A stretch of DNA of 64,000 bases, from the NCBI GenBank assembly GCA_963813185.1, contig CAWEYA010000019.1:44561-108560 (forward strand), written 5' to 3'. This document shows, in pieces, positions 7,994-16,573 of this stretch. The number at the start of each line of letters is the position of its first letter. The first letter of the stretch is position 1. A program made the translations under genes and the position numbers. Origin of the DNA: an uncultured Acidobacteriota bacterium. Lineage in GTDB: Bacteria; Acidobacteriota; Terriglobia; Acidiferrales; UBA7541. The notes below the pieces were generated by a model. That model ran no database searches and was not told the origin of the DNA. It was given only the letters and a program-made list of their open reading frames with translations.

Positions 7994-9265
7994 ATGGCAC
8001 AACAAAACAACGCACAAACCGTCGCGTTGCAACTGGAGAAGGTGCGCGACAAAGTGCCCCTGCTCTACGAGCGCGACGATGTTCTGCTCAGCATGATCCA
8101 GCAACGCGGTGACGTCGAAAAAGTCAGCTCGCGCAATATGCGCTTGCCCTTGCAACTCATTCCCGGCGGCAAGGCCGGCAGCTACAGCGCCGACGGCGGC
8201 GACCTGGGACTCGGCTCGGGCAGCACCTACGACGTGGCGCAAGTCTCGCCGATTTTCTTCCGTTTCGCGGTGCAAATCACCAAGCTCGTCGAATACGCCT
8301 CGAACGCGCGCGAGAAGGCCATCGAAAATGCCGTGAAACGCGAAATCGCCAGCGGCATGAAGCAATTCCGCGCCTTCCTTGACAAAGTGATCCAGACCGC
8401 CGGCAACGGCGTGCTGGGCACGATCAGCGCGATCGCCAGCAACACGTTCACCATGGCCGTGCCCACGGGCGCGGCGCTGGTCTACGTGGGGCAGACGATT
8501 CAGATTTACGATCCGACGCTCACGACCAACCGCAACGTCGCGGCCGGCGTGGTCACCAGCGTGACCGCGGCCGATCCGATATCCTCGACGCAAACCATCA
8601 CCGTGGACAATGTGCCTACGGGTACGTCCGTCAACGACGTGATCGTGCACGACGGCCTGACCGGCTCTTCGCCCGTGTCGCTCTTCGGCATCAAGTATCA
8701 TCAGAACAACGCCACCACCGGCACCTGGCTCAACCTCAACCGCGCAACATATCCGCAGCAATTGCAAACGCCGCGCGTCAATGCGGGCAACGCCGCGCTG
8801 GTTCCCGGCCACGCGCGCCTGGCGATCAACAAAGTCCGCAAAGCGCTGGGCATCAACCATCTCGGCAAACTGATCGCCTACACCAGCGTCGAGCAGGAAC
8901 ACGCCTGGGAAAATCTGGGCATCACGGTTTCCCAAATAGTAAAAGAAGGGCCGGGAGGCCGCGCCAGCGACCTGGACATGCTCTTCTCCGGAAAGAAAAC
9001 GATGTCCGGCATTCCGATCAAAAGTTCGGTGAACGCCGATCAGACGCGCGTGGATTTTCTCGACCTGTCGCACTGGGGCCGCGCGGTGATGAAGGACATT
9101 GATTTCTTCGAGGTGGGCGGGCAAACCGTGTTCCCGATTTATGGCGCCAGCGGCGGCATCTCCGCGTCCTTCATCTTCTATTTCGACACCGGATTCCAGG
9201 TGTGGAACGACTCCCCGCGCAGCGGCAGCTTCATCGATTCGCTGGCGCGGCCGAATGGGTACTAG
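7994..9265 (+). CDS. Major capsid protein (HK97-fold inferred)
   Basis: 423-aa intact ORF after the portal and scaffold. AAGGAG 6 nt upstream of the ATG. Size and position are typical; no motif could be verified without a search. Confidence 0.6.
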   Translation: MAQQNNAQTVALQLEKVRDKVPLLYERDDVLLSMIQQRGDVEKVSSRNMRLPLQLIPGGKAGSYSADGGDLGLGSGSTYDVAQVSPIFFRFAVQITKLVEYASNAREKAIENAVKREIASGMKQFRAFLDKVIQTAGNGVLGTISAIASNTFTMAVPTGAALVYVGQTIQIYDPTLTTNRNVAAGVVTSVTAADPISSTQTITVDNVPTGTSVNDVIVHDGLTGSSPVSLFGIKYHQNNATTGTWLNLNRATYPQQLQTPRVNAGNAALVPGHARLAINKVRKALGINHLGKLIAYTSVEQEHAWENLGITVSQIVKEGPGGRASDLDMLFSGKKTMSGIPIKSSVNADQTRVDFLDLSHWGRAVMKDIDFFEVGGQTVFPIYGASGGISASFIFYFDTGFQVWNDSPRSGSFIDSLARPNGY

Positions 9266-9275
9266 GAAGAAAAAC

Positions 9276-9333
9276 GTGAATGGTGGCTGGTGATTGGTGA
9301 CTGGTGAAAACCAAGTCGCCGGTCACCAGCCAC
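9276..9333. repeat. Short heptamer-array hairpin after the capsid stop
   Basis: gtgaatggtggctggtgattggtgactggtgaaaacc ... ggtcaccagccac; gtggctggtga pairs with tcaccagccac. Confidence 0.8.
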
Positions 9334-9357
9334 GCTTGTTTCCGGACGCGGCGTACA

Positions 9358-9503
9358 GTAGCACAGACTTCAGTCTGTGGGTTTCCATTTGATCTTGGCT
9401 GGGGGCCCCGTCCAAGCTGCGCGCCGCTTTTCGGTTCACGCAGGTATACGTGGCGCACGCTGGGCGAAATTGACAAAACCCCACAGACTGAAGTCTGTGC
9501 TAC
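9358..9503. repeat. Type-B REPIN-like double hairpin (GTAGCACAGAC)
   Basis: gtagcacagacttcagtctgtgggtt ... aaccccacagactgaagtctgtgctac. The spacer begins ccatttgatcttggct, as in 31412-31531. Confidence 0.9.
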
Positions 9504-9522
9504 CAAAGAACAGGAGAAGAAC

Positions 9523-9909
9523 ATGTCTGTCACACTTACGCTTACCGATATCGATCCGGGCGCGACCCAAATTTATGCCTTTGGCGCGGTGCATCTTTCG
9601 GGGAATTACCCTACGGGCGGCGACACCGTCGACTGGACGCAGCTCCTCGGGCAAATTGCGCTGCGCGGCGAAACCGTCGAATCGAGCATGGCCGATCCCG
9701 CGTACGGGCCGGTCCAGGCGAGCTTCACCGTGCAGGGCGGCACGCCCAATCAATATCAAATGCAGCAGGGCGCCGCGGCCAATAATTGGAAGATGCGCGG
9801 CTTCACCACCGGATCCAGCGGCGCGGAATTCACCGGCGGCTCGGCCTACCCGTCGTCGGCCACGAGCGACATCATCACGTTCTCCGCGCAATTCCGCAAA
9901 TTGACGTGA
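9523..9909 (+). CDS. Hypothetical virion protein (possible head decoration or accessory)
   Basis: ATG at 9523 after caggagaaga. 128 aa starting MSVTLTLTDIDPG. The ORF-track start at 9304 runs through repeats. Confidence 0.55.
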   Translation: MSVTLTLTDIDPGATQIYAFGAVHLSGNYPTGGDTVDWTQLLGQIALRGETVESSMADPAYGPVQASFTVQGGTPNQYQMQQGAAANNWKMRGFTTGSSGAEFTGGSAYPSSATSDIITFSAQFRKLT

Positions 9910-9936
9910 TTCGTGATCGTGAATCGTGGAAAACCA
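9906..9936. repeat. GTGAnnn heptamer array supplying the stop of 9523-9909
   Basis: gtgattcgtgatcgtgaatcgtggaaaacc. Confidence 0.8.
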
Positions 9937-10023
9937 GGCATGACAATGCAATGCGGTTTCGCAGCCCGGTCTGGCTCGCATCACTTGCGCCTCCACTCGT
10001 GCTGAAAGTTGTATACTATTTCT

Positions 10024-10259
10024 ATGAGTCCAGAAGCACGCCGAGCATTTATCAAACTTGCGCAAAACATCAAAAAAAATACTCCGCGAGTGAGGAGAAA
10101 CTGCGCAAGGCTGGGGTCAAAAGACCCGATCCCGCGCTGGTGTTCACTGCCGCAAAGTACTATGACTGCCTCAACCGCCTTGCCAAAGAGACAATAAAGG
10201 TCGCCTTTGCAGGTGGGCGCTCCATACATGCATTCGGCGCCATTAGTATAATCGTTTAA
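10024..10259 (+). pseudogene. Small low-GC gene split by an A8 tract (10072-10079)
   Basis: MSPEARRAFIKLAQNIKK in one frame, then YSASEEKLRKAGVKRPDPALVFTAAKYYDCLNRLAKETIKVAF... in the next. Both pieces look protein-like. Confidence 0.35.
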
Positions 10260-10317
10260 TTTAGTTCTCCTTTGCTGCATCCGCAAAACTTCTGTGATCC
10301 ACATTATTCGCGAAACG

Positions 10318-10417
10318 CATGACGCGCCGCCGGACGTGGCGCGCGAGCTCTTGCTTGCCGGCGGGCGCATGAGGCGCCGGCGGATGTGGCGCGCGCGCTT
10401 GAACTCGCGGGAGGGCG
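10318..10417. repeat. Diverged 50-bp tandem duplication
   Basis: The copies 10318-10367 and 10368-10417 match at 39 of 50 positions. They encode HDAPPDVARELLLAGGR and HEAPADVARALELAGGR in different frames. Confidence 0.8.
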
Positions 10418-10895
10418 CAATTTGTTTGGCGAGGCCAATTACCGGGCGGTGTGGGGATGGTCGCGGCTGGATTGGATTGGGGGGAAGTGGGAGGACCGCG
10501 ATCCTGTTTCGGGGGCGCTGGTCCGCGAGGTGGTGGAGCTGCGGCGCGAGCCGAAGTATGCGCCGCACAATCGCTGGCACATCGAGCGGTGGATGCCGGC
10601 GGAGAGCTACGGTTCTCCGGCCGAGTGGCAGACGCGGACGATCGAAATTGTGAATGGGCGGAACGTTCCGGCGCTGGGGCCGTATCCTTCGCGTGGGGAC
10701 TACGAGCACTGCTTCACGCTGGAGGGGCCGCGCGGCGAGTTCGTGCAACTGACGCCGGCGGTGGCGCGGCACATCGCGCGCGCGATTGAAACCAGTCGCG
10801 GCGTTCCCGCTGCGAAGAAAAGGGAAGCGCTCGAGGAGCGCACGCGGCGCGAGGAGCGCGAGTACGATGCGTACGCGGATGCAGTGCTGTCGTGA
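10386..10895 (+). CDS. Hypothetical phage protein
   Basis: 169-aa ORF with a GTG start. A possible older start at GTG 10294 is displaced by the 50-bp duplication. No recognisable family. Confidence 0.5.
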   Translation: MARALELAGGRNLFGEANYRAVWGWSRLDWIGGKWEDRDPVSGALVREVVELRREPKYAPHNRWHIERWMPAESYGSPAEWQTRTIEIVNGRNVPALGPYPSRGDYEHCFTLEGPRGEFVQLTPAVARHIARAIETSRGVPAAKKREALEERTRREEREYDAYADAVLS

Positions 10896-11090
10896 CTAGT
10901 GGCTAGTGACTGGTGACTAGTGGCTAGTGAACTGAGAATCGTGACGGATGACTCGTGAACGAAGGCGTGAGTCCTGATCGGCGATGAGGGATTTGAGATT
11001 TACGAATACCGGAATGTTTGTGCCATTGGCGGAGTCTGGTGATGTGGGTTTTGACCAGTCACCAATCACTAATCACTAGCCACCAGTCAC
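10892..11090. repeat. Inverted heptamer-array pair (GTGAnnn 10892-10970, nnnTCAC 11055-11090)
   Basis: gtgactagtggctagtgactggtgactagtggctagtga... and ccagtcaccaatcactaatcactagccaccagtcac. Confidence 0.9.
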
Positions 11091-11114
11091 ATTTCCGCAA
11101 GGAGAACAGCCAAA

Positions 11115-11765
11115 ATGCAAAGCGAGACCGCGGTTCACGCAGAGCGTTCACCACAAGCGGTAATTGCCAACATCACCGAGCAGCGCTACATGGCGCAGCG
11201 GATGTACGGCACGTTTCAGATTGCTGAGCGCGGCGAAGGGGAATCGTTCGCGCTGACGCGCATCACGCCGCGCACGGCGGTGATGGACTACGGCGACAAG
11301 CGCACGCTGCCGCTGGCCATTACGGCGCGCGAAATCGCCGAGGACCTCTGCCGCGAGATTAATTCCGACGCGGGCGAGCGCAGTTTTCTGGGCGTCTTCG
11401 TGTGCGCGGGCGACTCGCCCACCGAGCAGGAGTTGCGCGCCGCTCAGGAAAAGCTCGACGACTTTTACCGCGCCCTGGTGGCCGCGGCGGATCGCGAGTG
11501 GGAACGCTCGCACTCGTTTCTGTTCATTCACGATTTGCAGCGGCGCGCCGCGGCGCGGCTGGGCCTGGAAAAGGAATGGCATTACCAGGCGCGCGAAACC
11601 GAAGAGTGTCCCGGCTGCGGCGAGCGCGTCAAGCCCGGCGTGGCGGTTTGCAAATCCTGCCACGCGATTCTCAACCGCGACAAGGCGCTGGCCCTCGGAC
11701 TCGTCCAGCCTCCGCCCGAGGGAATGCCACAGAGACACAGAGCCGCAGAGAAGAGCAAAGACTGA
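11115..11765 (+). CDS. Hypothetical phage protein with a C-terminal zinc ribbon
   Basis: 216 aa. AAGGAG upstream. CPGCG...CKSC near the C-terminus. The last residues are encoded by a CACAGAG array (11727-11756). Confidence 0.6.
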   Translation: MQSETAVHAERSPQAVIANITEQRYMAQRMYGTFQIAERGEGESFALTRITPRTAVMDYGDKRTLPLAITAREIAEDLCREINSDAGERSFLGVFVCAGDSPTEQELRAAQEKLDDFYRALVAAADREWERSHSFLFIHDLQRRAAARLGLEKEWHYQARETEECPGCGERVKPGVAVCKSCHAILNRDKALALGLVQPPPEGMPQRHRAAEKSKD

Positions 11766-11771
11766 GAGTGG

Positions 11772-11914
11772 AACCACGGATGCACACGGATTCACACGGA
11801 TAAAAACCGATAAAGCAAATTAGACGGTTTTCAAGAAAACCGGCAAGCTTCTGGTTCTTCCCGCACAGTTTCTTCCCAGTTTTCATCCGTGTTCATCCGT
11901 GTGAATCCGTGGTT
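11772..11914. repeat. Inverted pair of CACGGAT-type short tandem arrays with internal hairpins
   Basis: aaccacggatgcacacggattcacacggat ... atccgtgttcatccgtgtgaatccgtggtt. The centre has aaaaccg...cggtttt and ggtttt-caag-aaaacc. Confidence 0.85.
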
Positions 11915-11945
11915 ACAAAGATTTTGCATTTATCACGGGAGATGA

Positions 11946-14900
11946 GTGGAAATGACGAGACTGACGAAACATTTTCTCGCACTGGCGGTGGTCGCGCTGC
12001 TGGCGTGCGGCGCTAACGCGCGCGCCCAGGGATCGCGCAAGGATGACATCGTGTTCAACGCGCAGGGGCGGCCGATGGCGGGCGCATCCGTGCGCGTGTG
12101 CACTTCCGCGGCCACGGGGCAACCGTGCTCGCCGCTGGCGCTGATTTACTCCGACGCGGGGCTGACGCAGGCGCTGGCCAATCCGACCTCGACCGACGGC
12201 CTGGGAAACTACAATTTTTACGCCGCGCCGGGACGCTACGAGATCGAGATCAGCGGCCCTTCCATCACAACCAAGCAGATCCCCAACGTGATTCTGCCCA
12301 GCGATCCGACCGCGCCCACCTTCACCACCGTCACCACCACCAGCGGCATTTCCGCGTTTTCGCTTTCGCTCAGCGGCAATCTCACCGTGAACGGTTCGGC
12401 CGCGGTGACCGGATCGCTCACCGTGGGCGGCAATCCCGTGCCCTCCACCAATCAGGATAACCAGTGGAACGGCGCGCAGCGCTTCAAGGGGCCGATTCCG
12501 TGGCGGGACATCTCGGCCTACATGCCTCCCGGGGGCTGCGATAATTCGGCGATCAACATCAATCAAAATACCTCGGGGAGCATCAGCGCGACTTCCACCG
12601 CTCTGACTCTCAGCGCGGATCTCGGATTCAAGAATGGTTGCGGCATTTTTGTGCAGGCCGCCGGTGCGACCTCGACTCTCGCCGCTCCCACCGTCGGCAC
12701 GCCGGCGCCGATTGTCTACGGCGGAACCGGCTCAACGACGGTTCACTACAAAGTAGCCGCCATCGATCCGCACCTCGGAACGTCAGCGGCCAGCTCCGCG
12801 ATCACGGTTACCACGGCGCCGGCCACGCGAACGCCCCTGGACATGGTTGCGATTTACTGGGCCTACGACGCGGGCGCCGTCGGCTACCTGATCTGGAGCG
12901 ATGCCACGGGTAGCTATACGCCGCTCGGATATTCGTTTCAGTGCTCGCAATTCTCCTCGGGCGGAGTTTGCGGCTACATTGACAAAGGGGCGGAAACTTT
13001 CAACTTCTCCAAGTCTTCGATGTTTCCGTTTTTTCCGTACACGCCGCCCGCGTCGGCCACGGCGGACGCGCTGGTTACCACGATTGTTTCAGGAGCGGGA
13101 ACACTCAGCCTGGTTCTTGCCAACGCGGCAACCAACTCATCCGGCGCCAATGCGTATGTCTATCCCGATGCCAGGCCCTTCTTTGATTCCGCGCTGGCTG
13201 CCGCTGCCGCGGACGGCACAAGCCTGAATCGCAGCCAGGTATTCATCCCCGAAGGACTTTGGTATTTGTCTGGAATCGATTTTCCGGCGAGCCCGGCGGG
13301 AGTCTCCATCGTTCAGAGCGGCGCGATTCAATTATTCGGGCTTCCGATCTTCGGCACCGTCGGAGGCGGTTCCGCAGGTTCGGGCGGGGTGTCCTGGTTC
13401 GGCAATGGCGGCGCTTATACTTCGGGCTTCTGGACTTTGTCGACCGCCAGTATTTTCGCGCAAACGCAAGTGGGCGCGATTTTCGTGGCCTACGGTAGCC
13501 CGAACAATATGGATCTGGAACGCCTGACTCTCAGCAGCAGCGAGGACGTCATCGTGGAAGATTCGCTGGGCGCCCTGACCATGAGGGATGATGAGGTGAT
13601 AGAGAATCAGGGAAGTGGCGTCGGATTGCGAATCGATGCGAATACCTATTTCAGCCAGTTCTATCATGTGGACTGGAACAGCTCAAACAACTCCAACACT
13701 CTGATTCCGCTGGTTTGGTATACCGGCCTGACGTCTTCCTTGCAATCCGCGGTATTTGGTTTTCACGACAATGCCTTCCGCTACCACACGATCAGGGATG
13801 ACGACATTTTCGGCGGTAACGCCTTCGGCACGATCGCCATTGATGGGACCACCAGCATCGAGAGCAACTGGGATCAAGGCCTGATCACAGCCGTGGCCGG
13901 CGGTCCCGGGAGCGTTTCCATCAGCGGGCAGGCGAGCGACAACGACCCCAACATACCGGACCAATCACTGCAATACGATTACGGACCGACCGGCACGCTT
14001 CCCGGCACCACCTGGAATGTGACGGCGAACTTGACGGGCTTTGTGCACTACGTCTGGGGCGCGCAGTTCGTCGGGAACGCCACCAGATGCATAGGTTGGA
14101 CATTCAACAACGCCAGCACGCTCCTGAACGGGCAGTGGGGAAGCGTGGACGGCACAACTTACGCAGGGTGCGACCTGGGCGCAACCTCGCTGGGATACGA
14201 TGTCCAGACTTCCGGAATTCTGACCAGCGGCGGGAACGATCCCGCGGTGGCCGCTCTGGAGCCCATGCTCGGCCATGTATTCCGCCGGCCGGTCCCCAGC
14301 GTGACGGGAACCGGCAGCGGATCGCTTTCCGCCGGCACCTATTATTTCGTTGCGACCGTCCTGGACGCGGCAGGCCGCGAGGGCGGGGCCAGCCAGGAGA
14401 TTTCGCAGACGGTCGGCGCAACCAGTTCCATCAACTTGTCGGTGGCGGAGGCCATTTACTTTCCTACTAGTTGCAACATTTATTATGGAACCACGCCTGG
14501 AGGCGAGGCGCACTTCTTCAATTCCACCGCCGTGACCAACGGCACTTGCACGTTTACGTTCACGTCCGCTTCCGGCACGGCGGGAACGCCGCCTGTGGTC
14601 GGCAACGCCATGCGTTCCTGGCTCAATCAGGAGAACAACGGCAACTCCTGTTTGTTCTGCGGACTCGGCGGCGGCTTGGGAACCGGCTTCCTGGGCTTCA
14701 ATCTCACAGCGTCGCAATATTCCGCGCTGCCGGCGGGCGTGCAATTTCCCTTTAATGGCGGCGTCCATAGCTATAAATTTTATTCGGCCTCCGAGACCAC
14801 CGCTCCCGCGGGGGTTGCCAACGTCGACCAGCTGTATGCCGACTCTACCGCGCACCGCTGGAAAAAAATCGAGAACAACGGCGCCGCGCAAACGGTGGGA

Positions 14901-15353
14901 AGCGCCGACAGTTCCGCGTGCGCTTACCAGGGTCCCGCGTCACCGGTCACCGGAACAGGGGCGGCGGCCACCTACTACACGTGCACGCTCCCGGCGGGCG
15001 TGATGGGTGCGGGGCAGGGAATCATCATCACCGTCCTGGCCAAGCACACGACGGGCACTGCCGCCGTTACGTACACGCTTTCGTTTGGCGGCACGTCCAC
15101 CACGGCCGTGGCCCCGTCCGGCGCGGCCAATCAACTCGAGCGCAACACCTACGTCATCATGAACAATCCGGGCTCGACCAGCGCGCAATCCATTTCCACG
15201 TTGGGCCAGGACAGCAATGGCGGAACCAACTCGATCAAGTTGGACACCGCGGCCGTCAGCACCGCGTCCGCGGTGACCATCAACCTGCAGTTCAACGTGG
15301 CGTCCACGGACGCCATTACCCCGGAAATGTTCCTCGTGGAATTGAAGCAGTAG
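11946..15353 (+). CDS. Large fibre/tailspike-like protein with a Sec-type signal peptide and an N-terminal CarboxypepD_reg-like domain
   Basis: 1135 aa. N-terminus LALAVVALLACGANARAQG, then GASVRVC...GNYNFYAAPGRYEIEISGP. The remainder is rich in Gly, Ser and Thr, suggesting a beta-rich fold. Confidence 0.6.
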   Translation: MEMTRLTKHFLALAVVALLACGANARAQGSRKDDIVFNAQGRPMAGASVRVCTSAATGQPCSPLALIYSDAGLTQALANPTSTDGLGNYNFYAAPGRYEIEISGPSITTKQIPNVILPSDPTAPTFTTVTTTSGISAFSLSLSGNLTVNGSAAVTGSLTVGGNPVPSTNQDNQWNGAQRFKGPIPWRDISAYMPPGGCDNSAININQNTSGSISATSTALTLSADLGFKNGCGIFVQAAGATSTLAAPTVGTPAPIVYGGTGSTTVHYKVAAIDPHLGTSAASSAITVTTAPATRTPLDMVAIYWAYDAGAVGYLIWSDATGSYTPLGYSFQCSQFSSGGVCGYIDKGAETFNFSKSSMFPFFPYTPPASATADALVTTIVSGAGTLSLVLANAATNSSGANAYVYPDARPFFDSALAAAAADGTSLNRSQVFIPEGLWYLSGIDFPASPAGVSIVQSGAIQLFGLPIFGTVGGGSAGSGGVSWFGNGGAYTSGFWTLSTASIFAQTQVGAIFVAYGSPNNMDLERLTLSSSEDVIVEDSLGALTMRDDEVIENQGSGVGLRIDANTYFSQFYHVDWNSSNNSNTLIPLVWYTGLTSSLQSAVFGFHDNAFRYHTIRDDDIFGGNAFGTIAIDGTTSIESNWDQGLITAVAGGPGSVSISGQASDNDPNIPDQSLQYDYGPTGTLPGTTWNVTANLTGFVHYVWGAQFVGNATRCIGWTFNNASTLLNGQWGSVDGTTYAGCDLGATSLGYDVQTSGILTSGGNDPAVAALEPMLGHVFRRPVPSVTGTGSGSLSAGTYYFVATVLDAAGREGGASQEISQTVGATSSINLSVAEAIYFPTSCNIYYGTTPGGEAHFFNSTAVTNGTCTFTFTSASGTAGTPPVVGNAMRSWLNQENNGNSCLFCGLGGGLGTGFLGFNLTASQYSALPAGVQFPFNGGVHSYKFYSASETTAPAGVANVDQLYADSTAHRWKKIENNGAAQTVGSADSSACAYQGPASPVTGTGAAATYYTCTLPAGVMGAGQGIIITVLAKHTTGTAAVTYTLSFGGTSTTAVAPSGAANQLERNTYVIMNNPGSTSAQSISTLGQDSNGGTNSIKLDTAAVSTASAVTINLQFNVASTDAITPEMFLVELKQ

Positions 15354-15455
15354 TAGCACAGCCACTCCTGGCTGTGCGGTTTTGCATGCTGAACACGCAG
15401 GCTGCGAATCCAGCGACAATCGCAAAAACCGCATAGGCAAGAGTGCCTGTGCTAC
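15353..15455. repeat. Type-B REPIN-like double hairpin (GTAGCACAGCC)
   Basis: gtagcacagccactcctggctgtgcggtttt ... aaaaaccgcataggcaagagtgcctgtgctac. It overlaps the last base of stop codon 15351-15353. Confidence 0.9.
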
Positions 15456-15495
15456 TGAGACCTTTCAACTAATCCGCACGAAAAGGACTCCACAT

Positions 15496-15900
15496 ATGCG
15501 CAAATTTCAAAATCACCGCTGGCGAGCTTCGCGCGCCCTGCTGCTTGCCTTCGCCTTGTTCGCGGCCGCAACCGCCGGCGCGCAAGGCGTTCCCCCAGGC
15601 ACCGCTCACAGCGTCACACTCACTTGGACGGCGCCATCGCCCGTGGGAGGTTCGGGAACGATCAGCGGCTACAACGTGTACCGCTCGCCGGCGAGCGCGG
15701 CAGCCTACACGAAGCTGGACACGGCCCTCACCGCCGGGCTGACCTACACGGACACCGCTGTGTCCGCGGGCGCCAGCTACAGTTATTGCGTGACCACTAT
15801 GGACTCGCTGAATGAAGAATCGGCATGTTCCGCGCCGGCCACCGCCAATGTGCCCTCAAACCCAAACGCCCCGAGCGCTCCCCTCATCACCGTAAAGTGA
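15496..15900 (+). CDS. Secreted fibronectin type III domain protein
   Basis: Signal peptide ALLLAFALFAAATAGAQG. SVTLTWTAP...GYNVYRS...YTDTAV...YSYCVTT is an FN3 pattern. Confidence 0.7.
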   Translation: MRKFQNHRWRASRALLLAFALFAAATAGAQGVPPGTAHSVTLTWTAPSPVGGSGTISGYNVYRSPASAAAYTKLDTALTAGLTYTDTAVSAGASYSYCVTTMDSLNEESACSAPATANVPSNPNAPSAPLITVK

Positions 15901-16187
15901 GGCGTGACCGGAGGGCGTGAGTTGTGATTCGTGATTTGTGAATGCCAAGCCTACGCGACGGCGGAGAGTGACTGGAGGCTGGTGACTAGTGGCTAGTGAC
16001 GAGTGACTAGTGGCTAGTGAAACGATTTCTCCATAACGCTGCGTGAATGGATTGAACAGGTCTTTCCGCATGAATTCATCTCAAATTTGAATTTCAAATC
16101 ACGGTTTAGAGGCTGCGAGCGTTACTCAAACCTTTCTGCTCGCGAACGGTTCTCACGAATTGCGAATCGCCATTCACGAATCACGCG
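15897..16187. repeat. Inverted heptamer-array pair (GTGAnnn blocks 15897-15943 and 15968-16020; nnnTCAC blocks 16081-16103 and 16151-16187)
   Basis: gtgaggcgtgaccggagggcgtgagttgtgattcgtgatttgtgaa; gtgactggaggctggtgactagtggctagtgacgagtgactagtggctagtga; tctcacgaattgcgaatcgccattcacgaatcacgcg. Confidence 0.85.
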
Positions 16188-16234
16188 AATGAAACGACGA
16201 TCTGGTGAGCGCCTGGACAAATTATTAAGCACCT

Positions 16235-16326
16235 GGGACAGATTTCAGTCTGTAGGGTTCCGTCGATGCTTCGAGGCGCAGGCTTGCATAAGCAATGGAA
16301 ATCCACAGACTGAAGTCTGTGCCACT
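16235..16326. repeat. Type-B REPIN-like unit with a degenerate left arm, flanked by a 19-bp direct repeat
   Basis: gggacagatttcagtctgtagggtt ... atccacagactgaagtctgtgccact. gtgagcgcctggacaaatt occurs at 16205-16223 and 16337-16355. Confidence 0.75.
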
Positions 16327-16336
16327 AGAGGACTTC

Positions 16337-16573
16337 GTGAGCGCCTGGACAAATTTTCAAGTGTGGTGGCGCGGCCTGGTGGCCGCCGCGATTGCCGGGG
16401 GCGCCAACGGCGTTATCACCGGCTTCGCCGCCGTGGGCATCGACCCGCAAACTTTCAACCTGCAGGCCGGCCTGCACTCCACGCTGGCCATCGCCGGGGT
16501 GAGCGCGCTGATGTCCGGCATCATCGGCGTGGCCGCGTATTTGAAGCAGTCGCCGCTGCCTGCTGGAACGTGA
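16337..16573 (+). CDS. Small membrane protein (two hydrophobic helices; holin-like or virion-associated)
   Basis: GTG 16337 gives (M)SAWTNFQVWWRGLVAAAIAGGANGVITGF... The alternative ATG at 16295 lies inside the repeat. Confidence 0.5.
   Translation: MSAWTNFQVWWRGLVAAAIAGGANGVITGFAAVGIDPQTFNLQAGLHSTLAIAGVSALMSGIIGVAAYLKQSPLPAGT

Noticed and set aside
7955-9124. Long antisense ORFs opposite real genes (also 18447-19871, 13965-14891, 4822-5640 and 3671-4456)
   Set aside because: Their Arg/Gly/Ala/His-rich, low-complexity composition is typical of the reverse strand of high-GC genes. The sense-strand products carry recognisable motifs or better context.
9985-10017. A TTGCGC / TATACT pair as the promoter of the low-GC small gene
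   Set aside because: The spacer is 21 nt, too long for a sigma70-type promoter.
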